A program made the translations under genes and the position numbers. Under the pieces are notes generated by a model. That model saw only the letters and a list, made by a program, of their open reading frames with translations. It did no database searches and had not been told where the DNA came from. A stretch of 63,483 bases of DNA, filler included, from Basidioascus undulatus (Eukaryota), in assembly GCA_000826855.1 (NCBI GenBank). It is 10 parts of 10 records of this genome, joined end to end, with 100 filler letters (N's around TTAATTAATTAA, not from the genome) between each part and the next. Parts side by side here need not be neighbours in the genome. Positions count along the whole stretch, not along the records: positions 1 to 4,173 come from JTLS01002220.1; positions 4,274 to 8,438 come from JTLS01002221.1; positions 8,539 to 12,700 come from JTLS01002222.1; 7 more parts are not named here. One strand, given 5' to 3'. Positions 1 to 10,385 of the stretch are shown here, one piece after another (positions within the stretch are counted from its first letter, which is position 1; each line of letters starts with the position of its first letter).

Positions 1-933
1 GTCCTTACCTCCATTCCTCCTGTACGCCTCCTCCTTCGTCCGTCTGCCGCAACCCACGACTTCGACTTACATCAACATGCCGCCAGCTATTTCTTTTGGA
101 TCGGCCCCGTCACGTTCACCGTGTTGTATTATTACCCTCTACCTTCACGTCATCGCATTTAGACTTGCATACCCCGATCTCGCCCTGCCGCATTGCCTCA
201 AAACTTCTCGTTTCCGCGAGGACAGCCCACAATCCTCTGACCTTCCGACCTGAATCCATTCTGGGTCGCACACCCAATACAACGGCGTCCTCTTCTCAGC
301 AGCTTCTTCGCAGGTCCCCCGCCAGACCCCGACCCAGATCTTGCACCTTCGATCCTTCTTATCGCGCGCCCGACAGTGCAGCGTGCCTACGCTCACTGTT
401 CACCTTTCGCGCGTAGTCAGGCTGCAGGTTCCTTCATCTGAAGCCAGACCCAACGGCGCACGCGACGGGCGATCGATGGCCGCTCGCGAGCGGGCAGGAT
501 CTGGCGTTGGGGCATGCCTCCTTCAGGTTCTGGTTTTGACATTTAAATTTTATTGGAAGGATGAATATGAGCTAAGTTACTGTGTCTATGCGGCATGGGG
601 ACGCCGCTCATCTCGTTCTGCAGCTGTATCGTGGGTTCGCAACAGAGCGGCAAATAACGCTGCTACCTCCTGCGTTTTTTCTCTTTCAAATCTGAGCGTT
701 TTATCGCCGTTTCAGAACATACGTCGGGCTTGAGCCGGCGTGAAGGTGGCACTCCACACGACAGTAGTGCGCGCCATTCCTGCCCCCCCTTCATCCGGTT
801 CCCCACCCACCCCTGTTCTCGACCTCTCGCCCTCTCGCTACTCTCCCTCTCACCACCATCACCCAACCTTCCCATCTCTCTTCCCTTCTTCCCGGCTCCA
901 GCCATATCAAGCCTCAAGAGCCGTCGGCGTGGA

Positions 934-1266
934 GTGCCTCTGCGCACTAGGGGTCCTCGTTTCGTCTGAGTGCCTCCGTGCACCTGCTTGTTTTCTCTTC
1001 GTCGGCGGTGCCTCTGCGCACTTGCCCTTTTCCTTCTGGGTGCCTCTGCGCGCTACCATTCTCCGATTCGTCTCCGTGTCTCCGCGCACTGCGTTGTTTT
1101 CTCTTCTTCCCCGGCGGTGCCTCCGCACCTGCCCTTTTCCCTTCTGGGTTTTGCGCACTCCACTTGGTCCTTCGTTGGCAAGTCGGTTCTTCCAGCGCAA
1201 TTCGAGCTGTGTGTACTTCTCTTCGAGGCACATTCGGCGAGGTTCAATGTCGGTGCCTCCGCGCAC
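934..1266. repeat. Degenerate array of a 14-nt motif GTGCCTCYGCGCAC with ~30-41 nt period and CT-rich spacers
   Basis: Copies start at 934, 970, 1008, 1040, 1076, 1117 and 1253, with an outlier at 1597. A higher-order duplication links 988-1041 to ~1094-1149 (ttgttttctcttc...cggcggtgcctc...gcccttttcc...ttctgggt). Confidence 0.75.
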
Positions 1267-2059
1267 TGGCTTTGATTCCCATTGTTTCCCCTTCGCTTTA
1301 GCTAGGTACCCATCGCCCTTGTTACTTCTCCTTTTCCCGGTGGTGCCCTCGGCCATCCTTCGATTCCTCACTCTTCACCGGTTTCTCGTTCTACGTTCTG
1401 TTCGGCGCCCTTTTCCCAAACCCCTCCCTCCCACACACTCTCTCACGCCTCCTTCCGTTACTGGCCATATGTTTTTCATTAGTTTTTCTTTCCCGGTGAT
1501 TCCCTTCAGATCCCCCTTCCGCCATCAGCCTTACGAGTGTCTCTTGAATCGTCTACTTCTCTGACGTCGGCAGCGCCATGCACGCCTTCCTCTTGAGTGC
1601 CTCTGCGTACGTCACTGTTAGGTGCAGTTACCGCTTACCATTTCCCTTGGTTGTTTGTGGGAGACGGCTTAAGCCTGAGGGTTCGGTCCTTGGTCTGATT
1701 TGAGGAGACCAGGTCCACCGGTCCCTTCGAGGTTAGTTAAGCTGCAGGCTGTTGGCTACACGGGATGGTTCGCATGCACCGGCCATACAGCTCCAGTGTT
1801 GTAAAACACACATCATGAATACTATTCTGTTGTTTTAGCGGCTCTCTCTTTGTGAGAAGTTTCTGACCGAAGAAACAGTGACAAACTTTACAATCAAAAC
1901 GAAATCGTCGACTCGTCTCACATAGGTTGCCCGCAACATGTTAGGAATTTTTCCTGTTTCGGAATTGGGTGTCCTCCCGCACGTTCACCAATAAAGTTCC
2001 GCAGCTTCACGCTCGCCCAACACGCCACCACGAACGCTACAGAAGTTACGGAGCTCTCA

Positions 2060-3110
2060 ATGTCAGAGACGCCTATTCGATCCCAGGATTAATACTTCTC
2101 CGATGGCAATGTCGTCTTCCGTGTACGTCCATCAAAAGCGCATCTGCCCACTGGGATTACTAGCACTACCCATATTGTCACAATTGCCATCCTACTGATG
2201 GGGAAACCTTTAAATCCGCAGGTCCAAGATACTCTCTTTCGTGTCCGTTCGTCTCGCTCGATCAAAGCATCTGCCGTGTTCAAGGATATTTTCTCGTTGA
2301 GGACGAGCGAGCCGGAGGGAGTTTCCGATGATAAACCAGGCGTCCTTCCTCGAGTGGCAGCAGACGACTTCGACGCCCTCATGCTGTCCGTTTACGGCTC
2401 GTAAGTTGAGACACGAACAAGCCTTCCTCCCCTTCTCCTGCTAAAAGACCCTCTCACAGTTACACCGAACTCACTCGTCCTAGCGAGAACGAACTCGTTG
2501 GCACTCTCCGCCTCTCAACGCTCTACGACATGCCCGTTCAGCGGGCCTACTCTATCGAGCGCTACGAGACCCTCTATCTCAGAAGGAGACGACCTGTAAC
2601 CTCATCAAGGTCGTCCTGCTGTCGAGGGAGACTCGCGTTCACGCTTGGCTTCTCGGAGCCTACCGCGCATTTTTGGAGATTCCGCTGGACGACATCGCAG
2701 TGGAGGACGCTCGCAAAATTGGAGTGGACGTGATTCTTGGTCTCGCGACCGAAAGGGAAAGGATGCTGAGGGGATCTACAAAACCCAATATACCGCTTTC
2801 CGTAGAGGGCATGCAAGTTCACCGCACGTATGCGACTAATTGGCGCCGCCGCGGTCGATCTCATTCTCAGACAAGAGCCCCGTCCGCGTCCCGGTACAAT
2901 ACCTCGGCAGCTACGACTGGTCAATGCATCATGCATCCAACGACAGACGTCATTTGCCTACAGAATCTGACACTATTCGGCTGTTGGGTGCGATGGCTAC
3001 AGGCCGGTCAGAATTGGTCAGAAGACGAGATTTGCGCGCTTACGAGAGCCCGCTTCGCGCCCGAGCTCCCTGAACTGAACGCCAGATCGGTTACTGAAAG
3101 ATCTTCATGA
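2060..3110 (+). pseudogene. BTB/POZ-domain protein pseudogene (Agaricomycotina-type)
   Basis: Spliced reading MSETPIRSQD*YFSDGNVVFR|VQDTLFRV...SAVFKDIFSL...EGVSDDKP...ADDFDALM (introns 2123-2221 and 2401-2459) matches the fungal BTB pattern. There is an in-frame TAA at 2090-2092, and a frameshift near 2581 is needed to reach LIKVVLLSRETRVHAWLLGAY...EDARKIGVDVILGLATERE. Confidence 0.75.
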
Positions 3111-4173
3111 TCCTGTGAGCGAAGTTCGGCTGATTGTCCCTGTAAGGTGGCACCCCTGCACATGTAGACGTCGAGGCGCAGCGGTCCCAAAGATTCTGCA
3201 AAGGGTTTCAGGCAGTAATCTTGAAATGCTGCCGGATTGAAGGGCAACAGCTGACGTGTGTGGCTGGAGGAGGACGCCCTTGCGTGAGTCGCCTCGCGTG
3301 GATGATGCTTTCAGCAGCTCACCGTCTACGTCCACAATAGTAATACAAGGCACGGTGATGGCTCTGGTCAAAAAGAACGACTTTATAGACAAGCCCTCAA
3401 AGCCTTACAGTTATGGTTACCTTGGAGCTGGAATTCCTGTACAACTGCCTTGCTGGTGTTGGCGTACTCCAGATTCATGGGTGGGTCTAAAATTGCATAC
3501 AACAAGCCCAAGCGGTATAACACAGGCTACTGATAGACTTCGTAGTTACACAAACAGGTATGACCCGGAGAACATCAGCACGGCAGGGCGCATCAGCTCT
3601 GCGTGTTCCGTTACTCAGACGCGGTCGTCACTGCGTTGTATGCACCAAGAGGCGACGGCCTTGGTGCAATGTTGCGAGAGACTCCTGCAAATATTTGTGC
3701 CGCAGATCTGGCTCGCAACCTCATTCGATAATTGAAGGTCCCCGCAGTATGTTTTTACTGCGCATATCGTCACGCACACCCGGTGACTTCCAATGAGGAA
3801 AGCGTGTAAGGTCGAGTTCACTGCCTTCTCACTGGTCTACTTCCGAACACGCCCACCACAGCCGACACGCATGCCGCAAAGCGTGCATTTTTCTCTAGCC
3901 CTTTGACTGACTTTCCAGGCCTTCGAAGGCTTCCATAACGGTTATGAGAGCCTAAAACCCGCCGCGACGGCTTCCGCGACGGCAGTCCGTCCCAGGTCCT
4001 CTGTTACCACGCTCAACATCCTCACCGGCCACCAGGGGTTAAATTTCCCAAAGCCAACAAGTCGTTTAATTTTCTGCTAGCTTCTCCCAGGGACTGGTCG
4101 TGTTCCACAGCTCCTTCCTCGTTCCTGAACTTCGCGCAATACGGGGAATTGCGCAACTCTAAGGACATGCACT

Positions 4174-4273
4174 NNNNNNNNNNNNNNNNNNNNNNNNNNN
4201 NNNNNNNNNNNNNNNNNTTAATTAATTAANNNNNNNNNNNNNNNNNNNNNNNNNNNNNNNNNNNNNNNNNNNN
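4174..4273. other. Artificial contig spacer
   Basis: N44-TTAATTAATTAA-N44, with stops in all six frames. Confidence 0.99.
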
Positions 4274-5328
4274 TGGGGGGTGAGTGCCTACGGGGGAGCA
4301 AAAGGAGGACGGGAGGAGAGGGGAGAAGAGGGACGGGGAAGTGAGGGAGAGTGGGGGAGAGGGAGGGAAGACGCACCGGACGTGGTTGATCGAGTTGTTT
4401 GCGAGGAGGTCGATGTCGGATTGAGTAACTGTTCTGGGAGGGTGAGTGAAAGAACGAAGGGTGAGGGAGGAGAGGGACACACACCACGAGTTCCAGTGCT
4501 CTTCCAGCACTTCTTTGGCCTTGTCGCCAAGCGCCTCACTGCTCCAGCACACTCTTAGTTCCTTTCTGGGAAGGAGAGAGAAGATGGGGGATGGAGGGGG
4601 GAGGAGAGACGCACGTGAACCCCCACTCGTCCCAGACGTCGTTCCCCGCGTGCGAGGCGAACCAGGGCTCGTCCATCCCTGTTACACCCACCCACGCACC
4701 CAGCTCAACCTCGCGTGCGAAGAAGGAAGGTTGGACCTGGGAGTGGGAGAGGAGAGGAGGACGCACATCGCTCGAGCGTGATCCAGTTCCCGATGTTTAC
4801 GCCATTCCTGCCCGACACGGCATGAGCGGGAAAGCCGAGAAACAAGGTGAGGTAGGGACGAGGACGCACATCTTCTGCGTCGAGAAGTTCCACTTCGGGA
4901 GCGGTGTTCGCAGTTCCCTATTTCCCTCGCTTCCTGTGAGCTACACCAAATACCCTGACACATGAGCGTATCACTCACGTAGAGTTCCCCTTCCCGTCCT
5001 CCCCTGCCTTCCCCTGCTCCGCCTCCGCACTCCCACTCCCATCCGCGCCCCCCGCCCTATTCAGCCCCAGTCCCAAGCCCAAACCGAGGCCCAGTCCCAG
5101 CGCAAGCACCCCCACGGCCGCTCCTACCAGCGCCTTCCTGCTCAACCATCCCCGCCCCGCCGTGGCAGCTGCGGGGGAGGTCGAAGTGCCCTCGAGCAGC
5201 GGCTTGGGCTCAGGCGACTGTGGTCCGAGCGCCTTCTCGGCGTCGCCGTAGGTATTGAACGTTGCGCTCGATGCGCGGGTGGGGGCGTCGAAGGACATGT
5301 GCGGTCTGGCGGGGTGAGGGGCGGCCAT
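4274..5328 (-). CDS. Glycoside hydrolase family 5 (exo-beta-1,3-glucanase-like) with N-terminal membrane anchor, 3' truncated at contig end
   Basis: ATG at 5328 and a TM segment ALVGAAVGVLALGLGLGLGLGL. Spliced exons give PLPKWNFSTQKMNGVNIGNWITLERWMDEPWF...DEWGFTEALGDKAKEVLEEHWNSWFTQSDIDLLANNSINHVR, the GH5 Exg-type N-terminal motifs. Confidence 0.85.
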
Positions 5329-5373
5329 GGTGGGAGGAGGAGCAGGATTGAGGCGGACAGGGAAGGATGGGCG

Positions 5374-5379
5374 TTTATA
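5374..5379 (-). promoter_or_regulatory. TATA box of GH5 gene
   Basis: TATAAA on the minus strand ~45 nt upstream of ATG 5328. Confidence 0.55.
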
Positions 5380-6873
5380 ATAGTCGACAGCAGCAGTCAG
5401 GTTGGCCAAATTAAACTTACGTGATGGTGCCGCACATGCCTCGGTGACGATCGAGGCTTCTCGAGGCTCGTCCCGCCTTTGTATTTTTGGAGAGCTTGCA
5501 AGTGGAAACTGCCAGCTTGAAACGCTCAGGCTTGCAACCTGCAATTGCATGTGGTGAAAAGCACTCTGAAGGGATTGTAAAAAGACGGTCCATGGCTTGA
5601 GAGTTGAAGTTGAACAATGATCGGCGGTGGTACCTGAAGGGGAACCGCCGCGAGGATGATGCAATGCAAAATGAAACGGCTGCGCTGCAAGAGGCTGCTG
5701 ACCGGTGCCATCCTGAAAGGAATGCATATGTTTTTCAGACCACGCCAGTACGCAATGGCTACATGTGGTACTGCCGGACAGGATGTCATTAGGGCCATTG
5801 TTAAGCGGTGCAGATCGAGATCGAGTACGGATGAAGTCCGGCCGTTACCCTGAGCTACAACGTTAACGCTCTCATAGAGCGATAGAGGTACTCAGAAAGT
5901 GCACCTTTAGGGTTCCATAGCCTTGAAAGAAAGGGATCTTTCTTGCAAGTACTTCGTGACGCTCAAGGTCAGACACTCCTCGAGTATACGCGACAGGACG
6001 AGGTGCAGCGGTCTTTCCGACCGCAGTGATTTTTCGAGCGTTCCGGGTCCCATGATCCCACAACGGGTTATAAGGCACCATCAGATCAAGTTAGATATCC
6101 TGTCAAGACCTGAAGCGCATACTCGGGTGAGCCGTGAGCACGTACAAACGCGAGCTTAGCTATGCTGTGGGTCGGCTGGCGGACTGACTCCCCACAGTGT
6201 GTGTTGACGATAGTCAGCTATGCGTGTAGAATTATATCGTACACTTCGTCTTGTTTAATGAAAAACAATTACAAGGTGCAGTTTCACAGTGCATCGTACT
6301 CCGGCTTGGCTCGACGCTGCCACGGTTTTGGGGACTGCACTTACCCAACCCTGGATCTCCATTTTCTGCGGGGCCCCCAGTAGCTGCCAGAACTGTTCCT
6401 CCTGTGAGGTTTTTACTGTAGACGTCAGGACTGTTGTTCATGTCGGTGCTTGTTGCTGGGCCAGGTCACAGCCAGTCACGGTGTGCAGCGTAACGGCGCT
6501 CAGGCCATTACCAGGACACACGGAGAATTTCCTGCGTTTTTTAAGGATCCAGAAAAGGTTTTACTCCAGTTTCTAGCTTGAGCAATTGAGAGTGAGCGAA
6601 CCATTAGCAAGATCTGCATCTTCCGTTTGTTCGGCACTGCCAGCGCATCTGTCAACACGTGACAACCTTCCACGCACATGGTCGTGCTGGCCGGGCCAGC
6701 TTCGCGTCTTCCCCATCTCCCGCATCCCCTCCTCGCTCATTCCCTCCCTTCGTCGTACGACACCCGCCATCTTCCATCCGAACACCGAGCACTGATTCTC
6801 TGCTCTCCCTGATTCTGAATCCAGCGCTTCCCCCGTTCCTCCGCCCCCGTTCGATCCAACGAAGCACACGACG

Positions 6874-7379
6874 ATGTCCGACAAGGTCAGGGAGTTCGCG
6901 GAGGTGCCGCAGCAGTTCGTGAAGGAGGGGACCCAGGTATGCTCTTTTCCTCCCCATCTCCTTCTCCCCATTCCCTCACACACTGCCCGACAGTTCCTCC
7001 ACCGCTGCACGAAGCCGAACAAGAAGGGTCCGTCGGGAGGGGCCAGAAAGCAGGGTGGGGTCGGGTGGGGAGGGCGACGCTAATGAGTGCTTGGGACGGG
7101 AGCAGAGTACATCCAGATCTGCAAAGCCGTTGCGATCGGCTTTGCCGTGATGGGCTTCATCGGGTACTTTGTCAAGCTCATTCACATCCCCATGTTTGTT
7201 CTTGTCCCTCTCCCCTCTCCCTACCCCGCCGTCCCCGTCCTCCTTCTTTCCTGACTGTGTTTGGCGGGGGTACAGTAACAACATCTTGGTGTACGTCCTC
7301 CTCTGCCCGCGGGAAACTCTGCTTGTTCGATTGCTGACGTGAGCCGATCGGGTGACCGGGTTGCAGGGGCGGCGCATGA
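6874..7379 (+). CDS. SSS1: Sec61 translocon gamma subunit (5 exons)
   Basis: [70 protein letters not shown], with GT-AG introns and TGA at 7377-7379. Confidence 0.96.
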
Positions 7380-8394
7380 GCGTCGGTTGGATTGTTGGGG
7401 GGCAGGACGTGGATAGCATTTGGGCGTACTTGCGCCGAGTGTGAGAAGGTGTGATGGGCGGGCTGGACAGCGCAGGCGCGCCGGGTTCGGGAATCAGCGT
7501 TGGTTCGTTGCGTGTAGAGCGCCGCACAATCTTTTTCTTTTCTTTTGGCTCGATACCATTCAAGGACCTGCGCCTGCCGGATATAGGCGCCCTTCGATCG
7601 ACGTAACACTGACCTTCGTCGACCGTCCCTTTCCCGCATCTTCGATCGTCCAAACCCTCGTCCCGCTCGCAATCCTCGAACGTGAACGCCCCCGTCACGA
7701 CGCCCGTTCATAGTCGACGCAGCTGGACAATGCTGATCCACTGCGGTCGCTAGGGAGGCGCGGAGCATAGTGGGTTATGCCCAACAGCACTTTACCTTAC
7801 CTTCGCCGAGAGGGTGCAGTGTCCGGGCCCAGTTCTTACCTCCCGCAGCTCCGAGAAGACTGCATCGACACTCCACTCACTCCACCAGTGCACCCTTTCT
7901 TTCCTCCCCTTCGACCCTCTGCTCATTCTTCGACGGTGCTGAGGACCGCGGGCGGGCCGGTCCTCACACAGACCGCTCGCAGCACTTCTTCTTCTCACCC
8001 TCTTGTCAAACGCCCCCATAATGGAGTCGACGACGGCGGCGTTTGCGTCAATGTTGACTGGCGGGGTTGGCGCCCACGCCGCGTAGGTGCGCTTCGACCT
8101 CAACCTGCCGCGCCTCGCCTAGAGAGCTGACGTGCCGTCTGTCTGGCGCGCTCGTCCAAGATTGGAACACGGCGTGCATATTCCTGCACCTCTCAAGTCC
8201 AATCGCTTACGCGTTCGCTCCGTCAGCAATACGTGCATTACGTTGGCGAAAGCTCGTAAAATCAGTAATGCGCCTGCTGCCGCTCAGTAAGCTGGGCATT
8301 CATGTACACCTGCTGCCCGTCCTCTGGCTTACAAGTTCAAAGTTCTCTAGCACCTCGCCTCTCCCTTTACTTCCGTGACAGCGCCCAGACAACC

Positions 8395-8438
8395 ATGCCT
8401 CCCCCACCCGTCATAGCCCTTGTCGGCGCGACCGGTGC
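8395..8438 (+). CDS. 5' fragment of a gene (MPPPPVIALVGATG), probably a Rossmann GxxGxxG or P-loop start, truncated by gap
   Basis: ACAACCATG start context and a beta-strand followed by GATG. It is too short to tell NmrA-like from P-loop proteins. Confidence 0.45.
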
Positions 8439-8538
8439 NNNNNNNNNNNNNNNNNNNNNNNNNNNNNNNNNNNNNNNNNNNNTTAATTAATTAANNNNNN
8501 NNNNNNNNNNNNNNNNNNNNNNNNNNNNNNNNNNNNNN
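8439..8538. other. Artificial contig spacer
   Basis: N44-TTAATTAATTAA-N44. Confidence 0.99.
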
Positions 8539-9678
8539 CTTTAGAAGAGAGAGCCGGAAGATAGAGCGGAGGGGCGGGAGAGGCGGGCGAGGAGGGGGAA
8601 GGGGAGGTGCGAGGGAGGCGCAGAGGAGAGGGAAGATGGAGGGTCTAAGGCTCGCGTTCAGGAGCAAGGGCGTCGACGTCGCGTTCTTGCCTGATGGCAT
8701 GGAGCGCAGGCGGCTGAATCAGTCCGCGTATTCATCGAAGTGCGTACCTTCCTTTCTATCCCTTCGCAGCTGCGCACCTCACGCTCATCCCGCAGGACTG
8801 AGAAGATCACCTACACCGTCGAGTTCCTCCTCCACACGCCGACCACTTCCTCTCCCCACCCGCTCCTCATCCACCACACCTCCGGGACCTCCACGCTCTC
8901 CTCCATCCTGCACATTGCCCTCTCACGCGCCTCAACCAAAAAGAACTCCCCCCTCCCCTCGGAATACGCCATCCCCCCGCCCGAGAAAGGCCTGGCGAAG
9001 TCCAAGCCGGACGCAGCTGACGCGCACGCCAGCCCCGACAAGGGCAAAGCCCGCGCCCTCCACCCGCCGCTCGACACGTTTACCTTCCTCCTCCGCGCGC
9101 CGCCGTCGGAGCGCAGCCCCCAGCCCGCCTTCTTCCGCCTCGCCCCCTCGCTCACGCTCGAAGACGCCCTCTGCGGAAAGTCCATCGTCGAGTACCCGAC
9201 GTTCCACGTCCACCCGTCCCCTGACCCCCCGCCTTCCTTGCACATCCTCGCGCCCCCGGCTCTCCCCGCCCTTCCAACCACCCTCGCCGCCGCGCTGCTC
9301 GAGAGCCTGCCTACACCTGCGACGGCACCCGCACCCACACAAGCGGTACCCCCGCTGAAGCGCCCCCGCGCAGAGCGTGACTCCGACTCATCCGCATCAG
9401 ACCCGGCCGAAGTGGAGGGCGGCCTGTCCCTCTTGGCAGGCTACGACTCGGACGAGCCGCCTGCGGGCGCGGAGGAGGATGCCGGGGAAGACGAGGAGGA
9501 GGGCGAGTGGGAGGAAGGCCCCTCGTTCTCGCTTCTTGGCCATCCGCGGCGGGTGAAGCGTAAGGTTGAGGAGCACGCGGAGGAGGCCGGCGTGGAGGTG
9601 CAGGCTGTGGCAGAGGCACTGCTGGCTGATTTAGGGGAGGACGTGCTGGATTGGGGAGAGGATGAGGAAGGGGGATAG
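8539..9678 (+). CDS. BCD1: Box C/D snoRNP assembly protein Bcd1/ZNHIT6-like, 3' portion (5' lost in gap)
   Basis: GVDVAFLPDGMERRRLNQS...K|TEKITYTVEF and TLEDALCGKSIVEYPTFHV match the Bcd1 C-terminal domain. It has an acidic tail and TAG at 9676-9678. Confidence 0.8.
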
Positions 9679-10045
9679 TAGGAGCGGCGTCGACGGGGGG
9701 AATTGCCGGGTGCTGCGTGCTATTCATTTCTTTACTTATTCACTTGCTTCTGTGCCCCGAGCTGTCGTTGTGCAAGAGCAAGCAAGAGCGCGCGCGGCGC
9801 GTCAGGAGGACGGGCTGCTTCGTTCGCAAAATCTAAAGCATTAGTAAACGTCCTGCTTAGCGGCGAGTGAGACCCCCCTCTCTCGGGCGCTCGTTGCACG
9901 CCTTCCCTGCTTGCGCTGCATGGCGTGTGATTAGAGCCTGACCGACACAACAATAATAAGTCAGTACCTGGGTGCTGGGCTGGACTGAGCCGGACTGGAT
10001 CGGACGACCACGGTGGCATGAGCCGAGACAATCAGGCTGTGTTTC

Positions 10046-10074
10046 GAGTGCTGAGTGCTGAGTACTGAGTGCTG
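10046..10074. repeat. 7-bp tandem repeat (GAGTGCT)x4
   Basis: gagtgct gagtgct gagtact gagtgct g. Confidence 0.9.
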
Positions 10075-10385
10075 GCATGGCTGGGTAGTATCGTGAGACG
10101 ATGGTTGTGCTGTGCTGTGCGGACTGCTGTACGATGTCATTACACATCCTAAGTGAATGAGATAGGGCAGGACGCCTGAATGTAGAGGCCTAGGAGGCGT
10201 GGGCGTGCCCTGGAGAAGAGCTAAAGAGGCAACGGCAACCTGAATAAACGTCCACGCTGTACCACTGTACAACTGGCACTTCTTCCGGTCAAATCAACAA
10301 AATTTCAACAAACCAGACAGGCAGATATACATACTCGCGACTTCGTGGCAGACGTGATGGTATAGATTCCGCCCTGGACAGCCGC

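Noticed and set aside
934..1266. CRISPR array
   Set aside because: The repeat is only ~14 nt and degenerate, the spacers resemble each other, there are no cas genes, and the context is eukaryotic.
740..1564. 274-aa ORF as a real gene
   Set aside because: It is a low-complexity translation of a CT-rich repeat region with a non-ATG start and no domain.
1670..1740. Ribozyme-like hairpin (ccttggtct...agaccagg)
   Set aside because: The hammerhead core CUGANGA...GAAA is not present, leaving only one short stem.
4218..4229. Recurring TTAATTAATTAA palindrome every ~4.2 kb as a biological periodic element
   Set aside because: It is always centred in exactly 44+44 Ns and is a six-frame-stop assembly linker.
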